A stretch of 64,000 nt of DNA from Felis catus. Lineage: Eukaryota. The position numbers were made by a program, and so were the translations under genes. The stretch covers positions 66,962,001 through 67,026,000 of the forward strand of contig NC_058368.1 of the NCBI RefSeq assembly GCF_018350175.1. The letters run 5' to 3'. Below, one piece after another: positions 38,572 through 52,975 of this stretch (its first letter is position 1; each line of letters opens with the position of its first letter). The notes under the pieces were generated by a model, which was not told the DNA's origin, made no database searches, and worked only from the letters and a program-made list of their open reading frames with translations.

Positions 38572-39559
38572 CTGAAATAGGGAAAAGAGATAAAAAGGCC
38601 TTCTTACCAAGAATTCTCTTCCAACATAGACTTTAAAGGGTTGTTCTGTTAGGATTCAACTCCTTTCTTCCAAAGACTTGTTGGAATGGCAGGGCATGGT
38701 TTCCAAAGATATAATAGAATTTTACAAGTGGTCCTGATGATATTTATACACCTAATCATGATGTACCAAAGACAATAAGAATTTTCTAGATATTAGTTCT
38801 TTTGATACACTCAGTAGCCCTAGGAGATAGGCATTATAATCTTCCCTATTTAACAGATGAGAAAGTTTGAGACTCAGAGAGAAGAAGACTTGAATCCCAA
38901 ACTATCATGAGTCAGTGGATATTACCAGGGAAATCAGCAAGCAGAAATCATAGATGAGAAATTCGGAAGATTCAACTATACATGTAGGGATAAAGAAGTG
39001 GCTAATTACAAATTCAGTGGTCAGAAAGGGAGGGAGAAATTTAAGTATTTGCCTTTGAAAGTGAGGATTCCTCTTTCTTGGCTTTCTATCCACAGTTAAC
39101 ATTTACCGAGTGCTCACTGTGTACAGTGCTACCCATTAAGTACTTTGCGTGTACTAACTCATTTAATCCTCAGAATGGCCCTATCCAATACTAGTATTAT
39201 CTCCCTTTCCACATGGAGACCCTGAAGCACAGGCAGAGGAAAAGCAACTTGATCAAGACTGCAAAGCATTAGTCATAGAAGCCTACATCATTAGCCATCA
39301 TGATATATTTAAGCTTGCCCTCAATGTAATGCCAACTTTTTATCTTTCCAGAAAAAAAATTCTTGACTTATTTGAGCCCCCTAATTTGTCTTTAATTTTT
39401 TCCTCTAAAGACCTTACTTAAGGAATTTCAGAGTTTATCAGTGTGCCTAAAAAAGGACAAAAGAAGGGAAACAAATTTCTGAGATTTCTTAGAAATCTTA
39501 TGAAGAGTTTTAAAAATAAGGAAACACAAAGTCCAAAATCTTTAAGTTTTATTATCTGG

Positions 39560-40668
39560 GCCAACAGACACATGAAAAGATGCCTGACATCACTCATCAT
39601 CAGGGAAATGCAAATCAAAACCCACAATGAGAGACCATCTTCTGCCACAGAATGGCTAGTATCAATAAGACAAGAAATAACAAGTGTTGGTGAGCATGTG
39701 GAGAAAAGGGAACTCTCATGCACCATTGGTGGGAATGTAAATTGGTACAGCCACTGTGGAAAACAGTATGCACGTTCTGGAAAAATTAACAATAGAAATA
39801 CCACGTGATTCAGAAATATCACTACTGGGTATTGGGGCGCCTGGGTGGCTTAGTCGGTTAAACATCCGACTTCAGCTCAGGTCATGATCTCGCGGTCGGT
39901 GAGTTCGAGCCCCGCATCGGGCTCTGTGCTGACAGCTCAGAGCCTGGAGCCTGTTTTAGATTCTGTGTCTCCCTCTCTCTCTGACCCTCCCCCGTTCATG
40001 CTCTCTCTCTGTCTCAAAAATAAACAAACATTAAAAAAAAAAATTTTTAAATAAATAAATAAATAAATAAGTAAATAAATAAATAAATATCACTACTGGG
40101 TATTTGCCCACAGAAAAGAAAAACACTAATTCGAGAAGATATGTGCAGCCCTATGTTTACTGCAGCATTATTTACGACAGCCACAATATGGAAGCAACCC
40201 ACACATCCATCAACAGATAACTGAATAAAAAAGACCGAGATCGTGCCATTTGCGACAACATGGATGAACCCAGAGGGCATTACGCTAAGGGAAATAAAGT
40301 CAGAGAGAAACAAATACCATATGATTTCACTTACATACGGAATCTAAAAACAAAACAAACAAAAAGCAGAAACAGACCCATAACTGCAGAACTGATGGTT
40401 GCCAAAGGGGAGGGGGGTGAGGGATGAGCAAATTGGGTGAAGGGGAGTGGGAGATACAGGCTTCCAGTTATGGGACAAATAAGTCAGATGAAAGGTAGAG
40501 CATAGGGAATACAGTCAATGGTATTGTTACTAAATTGTGTTGCATGCGGACAGATGGCAGCCACACACGCCGTGAGCACAGTATTATGAAGAGTGGTAGA
40601 ATCACTATGTTGCATGCATGAGTGTCATTGCATACAATGCATGTCAACCATACTTCGATTTAAAAAAG
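39560..40668 (+). mobile_element. L1 3' portion (ORF2 C-terminal remnant plus 3' UTR), interrupted by a CAN-SINE at 39834-40084
   Basis: Translation [21 protein letters not shown]…[14 protein letters not shown] is the L1 ORF2 C-terminus; the SINE TSD is aaatatcactactgggtatt. Confidence 0.92.
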
Positions 40669-40838
40669 GATCAGGCTGTCTTGATGCTCCCATTTTTACA
40701 GGCCAGGCTATCCTGTTTCTAAAATAAATATTTCAAATAAAAAATATGACAAAAATTGTTTTACTGCCAGAACAACAATCAATTTTATCATCTGGATAGG
40801 AAATTTTCTATCATTAGGATATTTAAAATATCTATCTC

Positions 40839-41058
40839 GGGGCGCCTGGGTGGCGCAGTCGGTTAAGCGTCCGACTTCAGCCAGGTCACGATCTCGCGGT
40901 CCGCGAGTTCAAGCCCCGCGTCGGGCTCTGGGCTGATGGCTCAGAGCCTGGAGCCTGTTTCCGATTCTGTGTCTCCCTCTCTCTCTGCCCCTCCCCCGTT
41001 CATGCTCTGTCTCTCTCTGTCCCCAAAATAAATAAACGTTGAAAAAAAAATTTTTTTT
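40839..41058 (+). mobile_element. Young felid CAN-SINE (SINEC_Fc-like)
   Basis: Near-consensus; TSD aatatctatctc. Confidence 0.95.
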
Positions 41059-43659
41059 AATATCTATCTCAAAGGCTAATGATGATAACAACACAAGTGC
41101 CCTGTGTCAGGTACGGGCTGTACACAGGTAGCGTACCGAGTTCTATGAATGTTCAATCATGACCTCATCTTGTGAGGTGATTTTATGTTGGGAAATGATA
41201 CTGGGCTAAAAAGAGCAGGCAGAATAGAAACCCAAGTCACCTGGATGATGCTGATTTAAGTATCCACCTTTATCAGGAAAAAAATGGTATCATGGTGTAC
41301 AACTTCAGGTGACATGAGTGCAATCAACATACTTTTGCATCTGCCTACTAGGACAGTGGGCTCACTGAATGGTGGGAATGGGCACATTCACATGGCATGT
41401 GAACTCCAAAGTTTGTGAATTCAGGTGGATACAAACCCAGGACTATATGCACGAGGCACAGGGGGCTGTGGAAATACAGGGAAGAATACATGAATGGTTT
41501 CCGGAAGGTTCTTCAACTTACAACCAAATTTCACAGGCTGGTTTAACAAACAGAAAGAGTGGCAATGAATAACTTGCAGTAGTAATCACAGCTGATGGAA
41601 ATACTGCCCAAGAGGAAGTCGGGCTGCAAAGGTCAAGGTGCCTGCCCACATTAACATAGGTTGTTCTGTGTCCTCTCAGAAGGCGCCTGCCCAGTGCCTT
41701 CCCCACTGTGCCAGCCAGGGCAGCGGGCCCCGGGCGCATCTCCAAGGGAAGGATTAGCAGGGCAATGCCTGAGGGAGACACATGTTATCATCTCACAGTT
41801 ATTCCAAGTCAGTTTTCTCAGAGCTTCATCACAACCAGCTTGTGAATGAGCAAAGAAGGAACTGTCATTTCCATTTACAGATAAGGATTGTGAAAGCTGG
41901 CAGGTTAAGTGGTGGTCCCAAGTTCTCCCGGGAAGTTACTGTGTGATGGAGAAAGCCAGGAACGGTGCCTGTGAAAGGTGCTTCGTGCAGGCAGGCAGAA
42001 GAGTGGAGGAAGGAGGAAACTTCTAGAACTGTGAATCTGTGGGCAGGAGCCCCAGTGAATCAAAACTGCATTATTTTGATGCAGACCCAAGCGTTCTGTT
42101 TCCCCCAGTCTCTACTGCGGTGTCCATACAAGACCCAGGGTGAAGAGGCATGGAATTCTGAAGGAACAAAGTCCAATAGTAAGTGGAGAAAGCAGGCTGT
42201 GCACTTCTCTCCTTTTACATCCACAGCTGGCCAATTTCTCACAGCTACTGGGTTAACTGATGCATCCCACTCTTCTATACGAATTAGGAAGCCAAGAGGA
42301 AGGGTCCTTTTAGACCCTTCTATGTCTGGCCTTAAGTGATCACTAGGCTTACCACTGTTAGTTGTCAAGAAAAAAAAATCTGAAAGGATATGAAAATATT
42401 CAAATTCACAATTTTTGAGCAGACTAACATCACTTGATTGAACAATATTCACCAGTTTTAACTACCCGGCTCTCCCTAAGGTGGGGGCCTTCTGTGGCTA
42501 ATCCGGCCTGGCAGATTACCTGGGCAGCAGAGGTAAGCTCCAAACACGGGGCTCTGCTCCAGCAGCACCCATCCCCTCCTTAAAGCCAGTCTCATTTCTT
42601 CCTTCCACATTCTCAGGAATTCCAAAGTATGTACACAATTCTGCCCAAATGATTGGATTCCAAACCTATATTGGATGACCCACCCCCACGGCCAACGCTT
42701 CTGTACCTCTGTTGCACTAAGGCACAAAGAGATAATGATATAAATATACAGCAAGAAACATGTTGACCCAGAAGCACCTGACCCAAGCCTTGACACCCAA
42801 GATCTAAGGGTAATCATTTTTTTGATATGCTTGCATCCCAACTGGAACATACTCGTTAGGAAGTCAATCCAAAATCTATAAACCCACGTGAACAAATGCA
42901 AACAATCCTTGAATAAAAGTCCTTCACTTGAGAGAACATGTTGATTTTGCTTAATTGGGAGTAATTCTGCAGCTTACAGAGAACGTCGATCCAGACCTGG
43001 AGGACAATAGCATTAGCCTAGCACCGTGCTATCCAACAGGGTCTAAGACCAACCCTCTCTAATATTAACAGGGAAGGGAACACAGCCCACCATTTTGTCT
43101 TAGTGAAAACTGGGCTACCCACTACCACAAAAAGATGTCGGAAGGTAGGAGGAGTTAAGTGAGATAATTATATAAAGTGCTTAGCAGTCCATGCTTAACA
43201 AAAAGAAACCCTAAGTACCATTATTATTACCTTTCAGTATGCTCTAGATGCCAGCAGCCAGAAGAGAAGGAACAGTGCGTTGACAGATTTATGGGCCTAA
43301 AGTGTCTTAAAAATATCATGAAGCTGGAGCCTGAGACGTGTCTCACTCTAACCACTGGCACATCTTAGGACTATCCAGGGACACCAGAGCAAGTGTTATT
43401 GTTTCCTGGATGTGGTAATGATGTCACATATACCGAAGTGGCTGTGGCTCTTCTTTAGCCATCGTATCTGAGGCCTATTTTGTTTGAATATAAGATGACC
43501 GATAAACCTCATGCCTACTACATTTTCTGTCCTCTCCTTTTTCACCCCACCTGAGGGTCTCCCAAAGACTGATAACCTCAGGATAATGGAAGCAACTCAA
43601 CATTTTTTGAGATGTTTCTTTTCTCATTCTGGATTCTTTTAGTGTTTCAAGACTCACTT

Positions 43660-43875
43660 TTTTTTTTTTTTTTTTAATGTGTGTTTATTTATGACACAGA
43701 GACAGAGCATGAGTGGGGGGAGGGGCAGAAAGAGAGGGAGACACAGAATCCGAAGCAGGTTACAGGCTCCAAGCTGTCAATACAGAGCCTGACGCCGGGC
43801 TCAAACTCACAGACTGCGAGATCATGACCTGAACCAAAGTGGGACGCTCGACCAACTGAACCACCCAGGCACCCC
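43660..43875 (-). mobile_element. CAN-SINE
   Basis: TSD caag(a/c)ctcactt. Confidence 0.9.
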
Positions 43876-44612
43876 AAGCCTCACTTCTTAGTGAAGACTT
43901 CCTGCCCTGAAATTGCTCGGCACTTCTGGGAGAGTAAGGAAAACTGTGCTGGGCCTCTGAATCAACACCACCAAAGCAAACGCCAGATTATTCAATAGGG
44001 ACAAAGAAGTCCATCGTGACATTTTCTATTTCATGCATCATGAACTGGTGTCGATATCAAGGGAAATACAAAAGCTACATTTTGTGCACTAGTGAATCCC
44101 AGGAAATTCAGCTGTATCCACTCCAGGTTGGCCTTCCTCGCAAGCAAGCATGCTAGCTCAGATGCCAGGAGGGCCCTGTAACCATCACTTACGGAAAGGA
44201 TGAGCACCTCTCTCCCTTACAAAGGAAGCTGTCCTGTGAGCCACTCTTTCTGATTAAACCACAGGGGTATCTAAATGAATTGTTAATGTGGCTTATAGAA
44301 GCCATAAAATAAAATAATTCTTACGGAAAATGTTAACTGCTTTGTTTGAAAAACTGCCCAGTTACAAATCTTGAGAAAAATGTCATTGCTTGGTTGCTAG
44401 CGCCTGTGGCAAATTCCCTCATTACACTGAAGAAAATCTCTGTATCTTGTTCACAACCAAAGACAGGTACAACTGCCCCCCTCCCCCATACCAATAGTGG
44501 ATAACATCTCGTGAGGGCTGCCTTGTGTCCCACCTCTTCAGTAATTCCATCCTGACTTTCAATCTGAGTGGGAGGGATTATCACCTCCACACACAAAGAA
44601 TGAAGCTCATGT

Positions 44613-44782
44613 GGGGCACCTGGGTGGCTCAGTCAGTTGAGCGTTCGACTTCGGCTCAGGTCATGACCTTGTGGTTCGTGAGTTCGAGCCCGCATCAGGC
44701 TCTGTGCTGACAGTTCAGAGCCTGGAGCCTGCTTTGGATTCTTATCCTCCTATCTCTCTGCTCCTCCCAGGGGCATGCTCAG

Positions 44783-44827
<45 letters not shown>

Positions 44828-44850
44828 AATAAATAAATATTAAAAAATTT
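44613..44850 (+). mobile_element. CAN-SINE
   Basis: TSD aaagaatgaagct. Confidence 0.9.
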
Positions 44851-46633
44851 AAAGAATGAAGCTGATGCTCACTGATAGTCAGAGAAGTTTAGTGATTTGC
44901 CCTAAGTTAGATAATTCAGAGTCACTGTGTCCCCAAGCCTACAATCTCTGAATGATACAGCATCTCATATAAAGATTCATCCTTCAAAAAATTTATACCT
45001 AAATGTATTCCTGTTTTACGTTTTCCCTTTCATTTGCATTTTCTAGTTTGGTTGGGTTTCTTGTGGTTGTAGCTGGTCTCCCCCAGGAGGTGCTCAGTCC
45101 TAGATTCCCAGCTCCTATGGAAATAAAAACCTGCTCGGTGCACAGAGCAGAGCTGATCAGTAAAAAGGTCCTAAAAATGTTTGCTAATAGAACACACAAA
45201 ACACATGTTGATTTAAGAAATACTGTTTAAATAAAAAAGATTCATAAGATGAAGCCTAAGCCCAGAAAGCAAACTGATTTGGGGGAAGGAAGGAAAAAGC
45301 CAAATTTAACTTTAATAAATACACAAAACCCAAAGACCCTAAATGAGATTTTTCTACATGCCACATATGTATATTGGGAAGGTGGTGAAAACAAAGCATT
45401 TCCCCAGGTCGTGTTTTCCTCTAGAATTAATACTGTATCCCTAATCTTACAGATTTTCGCATCTTTCTTTCACAAGCAGTATTAAATAGAGGACTGGTTT
45501 GTCTGTTTGACATTTAACTACCCAAATGCTTACAGCCCTGTAGGAACTCCTAGGTATCTACCCACAATTTCCTTTAAACTTAATTCAATGGGATTCTGTT
45601 CCTGCTCGTCTTTGTGAAGCTTGTGCCAAGGAACATGTTTTCTATAAACAACAGTAAAAATGTATTCTTCTTATTTTATGCAAATAAATATGTCATCCAT
45701 ACTTCTGGCTCACCCCATTCTTATTTGAACTCTTGCTTGTGCTCAGACTTCTCTTAGGCACAAAGTGAAATGTGTATTTAATCATAAGGCCACTTAGTCA
45801 GTAGACAGTACTTTTATTACTTGTTTACAGTATTAAAAAATAAAATCAGGATCATTAAAACTACTAACACCTCAAAGGAATTTCAAAGCTTTGAATTCTG
45901 CTGTCAGTCAGACTCTTAAAAATTCTGTTCCAAGTTCTGATAAGTACAAATCGTCCAGATTGCCTTAAACGATTACTGATTTTGCAGAAGATAGGGCTTA
46001 CGTGCAATAAACAAAGCAAGATTCACTTCTTGGCAAGAAAACACGGCAAGATTTTCTTCTGATTTAGAGAGAGGAAAAAAAATGATGCCTAGTTTTTAAT
46101 CAGTAAGCTGTTTACTGATGTGGGTGTAGGAGAGATTCTTCTACCTATTTATTCTGGAAACGTATGAGATAAAAAAAAAAAAAACCTTTCAATGAAATGA
46201 CTATCACATAGATTGTGCTGCTGGCTAATATAAGATTCTTGTGGAGGCAGTAAAATTTTGAACAGGCTATACAAAACTCAAAGTATTAAGAACTAAAATG
46301 TAATTCCCATCACATACTCGTTACTCTTCAATTACAGGATAAATAAAAGCAAAGGGAAAAATATGGAAAGCTCTTAAAGGTAAGCTCCTAAACCTCAATA
46401 CTGACCTACGGTTAGTATTAAGTCTGCAGGTGTAAGTGACATGCTGATATGGCAACTTGCATGCTTCAGGGAGTTCAGACATCAGCTCTGGCTCCCAGAT
46501 CCCTCCTTTGTCACCTGTCTCTTGACTTCACCCAACTCATTTGGCTCTGTTATATCAGAACTTTATGGGATGTTGGTGTGTCTTATTTATACGAAGATAT
46601 CTAAACAAACTCTCTTTAAGATTAAACTTTTCA

Positions 46634-46854
46634 GGGGAGCCTGGGTGGCTCAGTCGGTTAAGCGTCTGACTTTGGCTCAGGTCATGATCTCACAATTCGT
46701 GAGTTCACGCCTTGCGTCGGGCTGTGTGTCGACAGCTCAGAGCCTGGAGCCTGCTTCGGATTCTGTGTCTCCCTCTCTCTCTGCCCCTCCCCTGCTCAAG
46801 CTCTGTCTCTTTCTCTCTCAAAAGTAAACAAACATTTAAAAAAATTTTTTTAAA
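46634..46854 (+). mobile_element. CAN-SINE
   Basis: TSD aagattaaacttttc. Confidence 0.92.
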
Positions 46855-47229
46855 AAGATTAAACTTTTCGAAACTTGTCCTTTCCTTGTGATCTACTAAT
46901 CACTCCTTCCACCCTCCATTTGTTGGCCTCGGATCTTTTTATATCCAATCTAGCTCTGGGAAGTGTGTATCGTTCAGTTAGCCCTTACTCCTGAGTCGTT
47001 GCTAACTCCACTTGAAGAGTGCATGGTGGTATTAGGCTTACAATTTGTTAGCCAACACAACAGAAATCATTAGGGAGACACGACTCTTATTCCCTTTTTT
47101 TTTTTTTTTTTATGTTCAGCATATCTCACGGATCAATAGCTTCCCTTTCACCTTTTCTCAGTGTTAGAGCTTATTTTGAAATTCAAGGTTGGAGTCCACC
47201 CATATGCTACTTTTAAAAGGCACACCTTA

Positions 47230-47480
47230 TGGGGATGCAAGCTGGTGCATCCATTCTGGAAAACAGTATGGAGGTTCCTCAAAAAACTAAAAATAGAACT
47301 ACCCTACGACCCAGCAACTGCACTACTAGGCATTTATCCATGGGATACAGGTGTGCTGTTTTGAAGGGACACATGCACCCCCATGTTTACAGCAGCACTA
47401 TCAACAATAGCCAAAGTAGGGAAAGAGCCCAAATGTCCATCAATGGATGAATGGATAAAGAAGATGTGGGGTGTGTGTGT

Positions 47481-47537
<57 letters not shown>

Positions 47538-47912
47538 GGAGTATTACACGGCAATCAAAAAGAATGAAATCTTGCCATCTGCAACTACGTGGATGGAACT
47601 GGAGGATACTATGCTAAGTGAAATTAATCAGAGAAAGACAAAAATCATATGACTTCACTCATATGAGGACTTTAAGACACAAAACAGATGAACATAAGGG
47701 AAGGGAAACAAAATTAATACAAAAACAGGGAGGGGGACAAAACAGAAGAGACTCATAAATATGGAGAACAAACAGAGGGTTGCTGGAGGGGTTGTGGGAG
47801 GGGGGATGGGCTAAATGGGTAAGGGGCATTAAGGAATCTACTGAAATCATTGCTTCACTATATGCTAGCTAATTTGGATGTAAATTTTAAAAAATAAAAA
47901 ATAAAATTTAAA
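47230..47912 (+). mobile_element. 5'-truncated carnivore L1 (~680 bp) with an internal (GT)6(AC)26 repeat
   Basis: ORF2 C-terminal peptides ([19 protein letters not shown]…, PKCPSMDEWIKKMW); A tail; TSD aaaaggca(c/t)acctta at 47215-47229 and 47913-47927. Confidence 0.93.
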
Positions 47913-47939
47913 AAAAGGCATACCTTAAAAACAAAGGAA

Positions 47940-49086
47940 GAAAGACAAGGTTGGAAAAGGGTACCCTATGAAAAACACTAACCCAAAGAAAGCTGGACTA
48001 TCTATACCACACTAAACAGAAATTTTTAAGTTAGGAAGCGTTCCTAAAAATAAAGGAAAACATTTCAAAAGAAGAATTGGCCAATTTATCTATAAGACAT
48101 TAAAAAAATCTAAATGTATATAAACTTAATAACACAGCTCCAAAATGTAGAAAGCAAAATCTGAAAGAACCCAGGAGAAACAGACAAATCCATAATCACA
48201 GTGGGGGATTTTAACCCACTTATCTCAATAACTGATAGATTAGAAGATAAAAATAAAAGTACAGAAGCTATGAAAACGTGATGAACAAACTTGATCTAAT
48301 TAAGAAATGTAAAATACTGCAGCCAATAGCTGCACAATACGTCCTTTTCAACTGAATATATGTTCTATGCTATAAAGCAAATATCAACAAACTTCAAGGG
48401 CCAGAAATTATACAGAATACATTTTGACCTAAGTGGATTTAACAAAAAAACAAAACAAAAACTCATACCCAAAAGGTAACCAGAAAATCACTAAACATTT
48501 GGAAATTTAGTAATATACTTCTCTAATATGTAGTTCAAAGAAATTACAATAAAATTAGAAAGTATCTTGACATAAAATAAAAATCTGCTAATATTAAAAT
48601 TTGAGGTCTGCAACTAAAGCTGTGTTTAGAAATACATTTTTACCTTTAATTTTTTTTTTAAAGAAGGACAACAGGGGATACATGGGAAATCTCTACCTTC
48701 CTCTTATAATTTGCTGTGAACCTGAAACTGCTCTAAAAACATAAAGCCTCATTAAAGAAAAAAAGGAAGAAAGGTTAAAAGTCAAGAGTTTAAAAACACA
48801 TCTTAAAAAAACCATATTAAACTGAAGTATATAGAAAAAATGAAGAGAATAGTAAACATTAATGAGACAGAAAACCAACTTCCAAGGAGAAAAATCAACA
48901 AACCCAAAGCTTGATTCTTTCAAAGCACAAATGAAATTAATAAACTCCTACCAAGACTGATCAAAAGAAAAGAGAGGAAAAACTACCATTATCATGAATT
49001 AAAAGGGGATAACACAGCATGGGCACTAAAAAGAGCATATGACAAACATTTAAAAATTTTCTAATGTTTTTTAATGCTTATTTATT

Positions 49087-49138
<52 letters not shown>

Positions 49139-50340
49139 ACACACACACACACAGACGTTTCTTCTTGAGAGCCAAAGTCAGACGTTTAACTGACTGGGCC
49201 ACCCAGGCACCCCAAACATTTAAAAATTTTAATGCAGAGAACAAATTGCTTGAAAACTGATATACAAAGGCTGACATAAGAAGAAATAGAAAATCCGAAG
49301 AATTCTGTATCAATTTAAAAATTTGAATCCATAATTTTAAAACTTTACACAGAAGTTTTAGGCCCAGATGGCTTCACAAGAAGACTGTGCAAAGAAGTTA
49401 TGCCAAATTCTTCCACAGAATTTGACTCCAGTATCATTATGATATAAAAACTACAAAAAGACATTAAAAGAAGGAGAACACTAAACAACATACCAATAAA
49501 CTCAATCTAACAATATAAAAAGGATAATAATGTCACAATCAAACTGGTGTAGGCAAGCCCAAAATCCACGGGACAGGTGGTTAGAAAGGCAGGTTGGAAC
49601 TCTTGGGTAGAAGATGGTGTTATCCACAGGTAGAATTTCTTTTTCTTTGGGCAAGCCTTGGCTCCTGCAACCTTTCAACTAAATCAGGCCCACACAGATT
49701 AACTACAATAATCTTCCTTAAAGTCAACTGATTATGGATTCCAATCACATCCACAAAATACATACACAGCAACACTCAGATTACTTTTTGACTGAATAAC
49801 TGGGGACAGCAGCCTAGACAAGCAGATACCCAAAACTGACTATTAAATACTTCCCATTTCTTTTTACATGGCCAGCGTAACTCTGATACCAAAGGCTGAC
49901 AAAATTTGGGAAAAAGCAAATTATTGGCCAGTATCCTTCATGAACAGATAAAAAATTCCTGACAAAGTATCAACAAATCCACAGTAGTGATACATTAAAA
50001 AAAAAAAAAAATGTGACCACATGACCAAGTGGAATTTATTCCAGGAATACAAGGTTAATTTAATCTGCAAATATCAATCAGTATAATATATCCTGTTAAA
50101 AGAGTAAAAGGTGAATAATCATATATCTGAAAAGATGTAGAAAAAATATTTGTCAATATTCAACACCTGTTCTTGATAAAAAAGTAAAAATTCTCACCAA
50201 ATCCAGAATTTAAAAAAAATTAAATTTGATCCAGATATCTAACCCCCAAATTGCAATTAACATTATTTTTAATGGAAAAAATATTGAAGGATTTTGCTTT
50301 AAGAGTATGAGAATACCTTTTTTAAATGTTTATTCATTTT

Positions 50341-50371
<31 letters not shown>

Positions 50372-52067
50372 CACGAGCAGGGGAGGGACAGAGAGAGAGG
50401 GAGAATTCTAAGCCGGCTCCGTGGTGTCAGCGCTGAGCCCAACGTGGGCTCAATCCCAGAACCGTGAGATCATGACCTGAGCTGAAATCACGAGCTGGAG
50501 GTTCAACCCACTGAGCGTGCCCCAAGAGTATATCTTATCTCATCATTTCTTGTTTTTAAATTTTTTTTAATGTTTATTTTTGAGAGAGACAGAATGTAAT
50601 CAGGGAAGGGGGCAGAGAGAGAGGGAGACAGAATCCGAAGCAGGCTCCAGGCTCTGAGCTTGTCAGCATAGAGCCTGACGTGGGGCTCAAACTCAAGGAC
50701 CATGAGATCATGACCTGAGCCAAAGTCGAATGCTTAACTGACTGAGCCACCCAGGTACCCCTCTCATCACTTCTATTCAACACTGTACTGGAAGCTCTAA
50801 CCCTCTAAGTTAAGAAAAGATAATACAAGTCTTATATTGTAAATAAAGAGATAAAACTATCATTACGAACAGCTGACAAGATTGTGTATGTAGAAAATTC
50901 TCCAGAACAACAACAACAACAAAAACCCACCAACTCCAGCAACTACAAAATGAGTTCACAAGTTCAATGACACAAGGTCAATATACATAAATCAACTTTA
51001 TTTCTGTATACTAGAAACAAGCAAGTGGAAAATGATATTAAAAACAATCTCATAAGTAGATGTAAAAAAAACATTAAATACTCAGGGAATGTATTTAACC
51101 AAAGGAGTGCAAAATGTTCATACAAAAAACTACAAAATACTTCTAAAGTTAAAGAAGACCTGAATAAGTGGAGAGGTAGATCACATTCATAACTGAAAGA
51201 TGCAATACAGTTAAGAATCACCGACTTCTCAAATCGATCTACAGCTAAAAGGTAATATCAAAATCCCAGCAGGCTTTTATAAAAAACAAATTGAAAGGCT
51301 TCTAAAACGTACATAGTCAAGTAAAGGATCTGGTATGATCAACACAATCTTGACAAAGCAGTACAAAGTTACTAAGTTTCAAGTCTTACCGAAATGCACA
51401 ATAACCACAACCACCATGTGGGTGTGAAGACAGATAAACAGATCAGTGGAACAAAATAGACACAGACTTGCTCACATATAGTCAAAAAGATTTTTAACCA
51501 AGGTGCCAAGGCAGTTAAATGCACAAAAAGTCTTTAACAAATGTGAACAGAATAACTGGGGAAAATAACAACAACAACAATCAACTGCATTCCATACAAA
51601 AAGTTAATAGAAATGGCTCAATTTTTTAAGAGGTAGAACAAGTAAGTATCTTCACATCCCACAAAGACTTCTTAGAACACAAAAAACATGGACTACAAGA
51701 GATGAGGGGGGAAGCAAACATTTCACTTCAACAAAATTAAAACTCGCTCTTCATTAAAAAAGAGGCAAGCCACAGACTGTAAGAAAAGATTCACAAAGGC
51801 CGAGTATTAAACTAGGATTATTTTTAAAAACTAGTATTAAGAAATATATACATATACGGGCATCTGGGTGCCTCAGTTGGCTAGGCATCCGACTTTGGCT
51901 CAGGTCATGATCTCACAGTTCATGGGTTCGAGCCCTGCATCAGGCTTTGTACAGCTTGAAGCCTGGAGCCTGTTTCAGATTCTGTGTCTCTCTCTCTCTC
52001 TCTCTGCCCCTCCCCTGCTCATGCTCTCTGTCTCTCAAAAACAAATAAACACTAAAAAAATTAAAAA

Positions 52068-52098
<31 letters not shown>

Positions 52099-52975
52099 TA
52101 CATACACACACACATATAAACTCCTTTAAATCAACAATAAAATTTTTGTTTAAGTTTAAAAATCAGCAAGTGATCTGAACCAGTATTTCACAAAAAGAAG
52201 ATATCTGAATGGCCAATTAGCATGCATGAAAAGGAGCTCAGTGTCATTAAGCATCAGGGAAATACAAATTCAAACCCCAATGAGACCAATCTCTGCTAGA
52301 AGGGCTAAAACCAAAAAGACTGATAATACTAACTGTTGTAAAGATGGACAGCAGCTAGAACCTCCATACTGCTGGTGAGTACATGTTGCAAGTATCTTGA
52401 AAACCTTTAAAATTTTTTAAAGTTAATATACACCTACCTTATGACCTAGCAATTTCATTTCTAGGTATTTGATCTAAAATAAATGAAAACACATGTCTAC
52501 ATCAACACGTGTGCAAGAAGGTTCACTGCTAAAAACTCAACTACCCAAATGTTCATCAAGTAGGGGCCACAGAAATTGTGAAATCTTCACTCAATGGAAT
52601 ATCATGCAGGGGAAAAAAATGAATCATTCAACACGCAACTGGATGAATCCCCAAAAAGATGCTGAAAAAAAAAAGGCAGCAGCCACAGAAAAACATATAC
52701 TACATTGATTCCATTTATACATAAGTAGCCCCCAAAATAAAAATACTGATTCTATGTCACTGGAAATCTGGGAAAGGTGTGGGGTGTGGAAATGAATGAC
52801 AAAGGACAAGAGAGACTTTCTGAGGTGATGAGAACGCTCCACAACATCTTGTTTTGGTTAATCGTCACAGAGATACACAATTATCAAAATTCACCAAACT
52901 ACCAAAAAAAAAAACAAAAAACCACAAACCAAACCCTAGTTTATTGTATGTAAACTGTACCTCAATAAAAATATC
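47940..52975 (+). mobile_element. Large decayed ancient L1M (ORF2 through 3' UTR) with nested insertions
   Basis: A-rich L1 ORF2-like remnants (ggggattttaacccact…, gaccaagtggaatttattccaggaatacaagg, ctattcaacactgtactggaag, catcagggaaatacaaattcaaacc), ending tgtaaactgtacctcaataaaa. Nested SINEs at ~49061-49213(-), 50318-50523(-), 50552-50760(-) and 51858-52075(+). Confidence 0.85.
49550..49846 (-). mobile_element. MLT2-type (ERVL) LTR fragment nested in the L1
   Basis: Reverse strand reads ctaggctgctgtccccagttattcagtcaaa…tgttgctgtg…tattttgtggatgtgatt…aatcagttgactttaag…gtgggcctgatttagttgaaagg…aagaaattctacct. Confidence 0.75.

Noticed and set aside
39443..39808. 121-aa ORF and the similar ORFs at 47161-47652
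   Set aside because: Truncated, frameshifted L1 ORF2 C-terminal remnants, not host genes.
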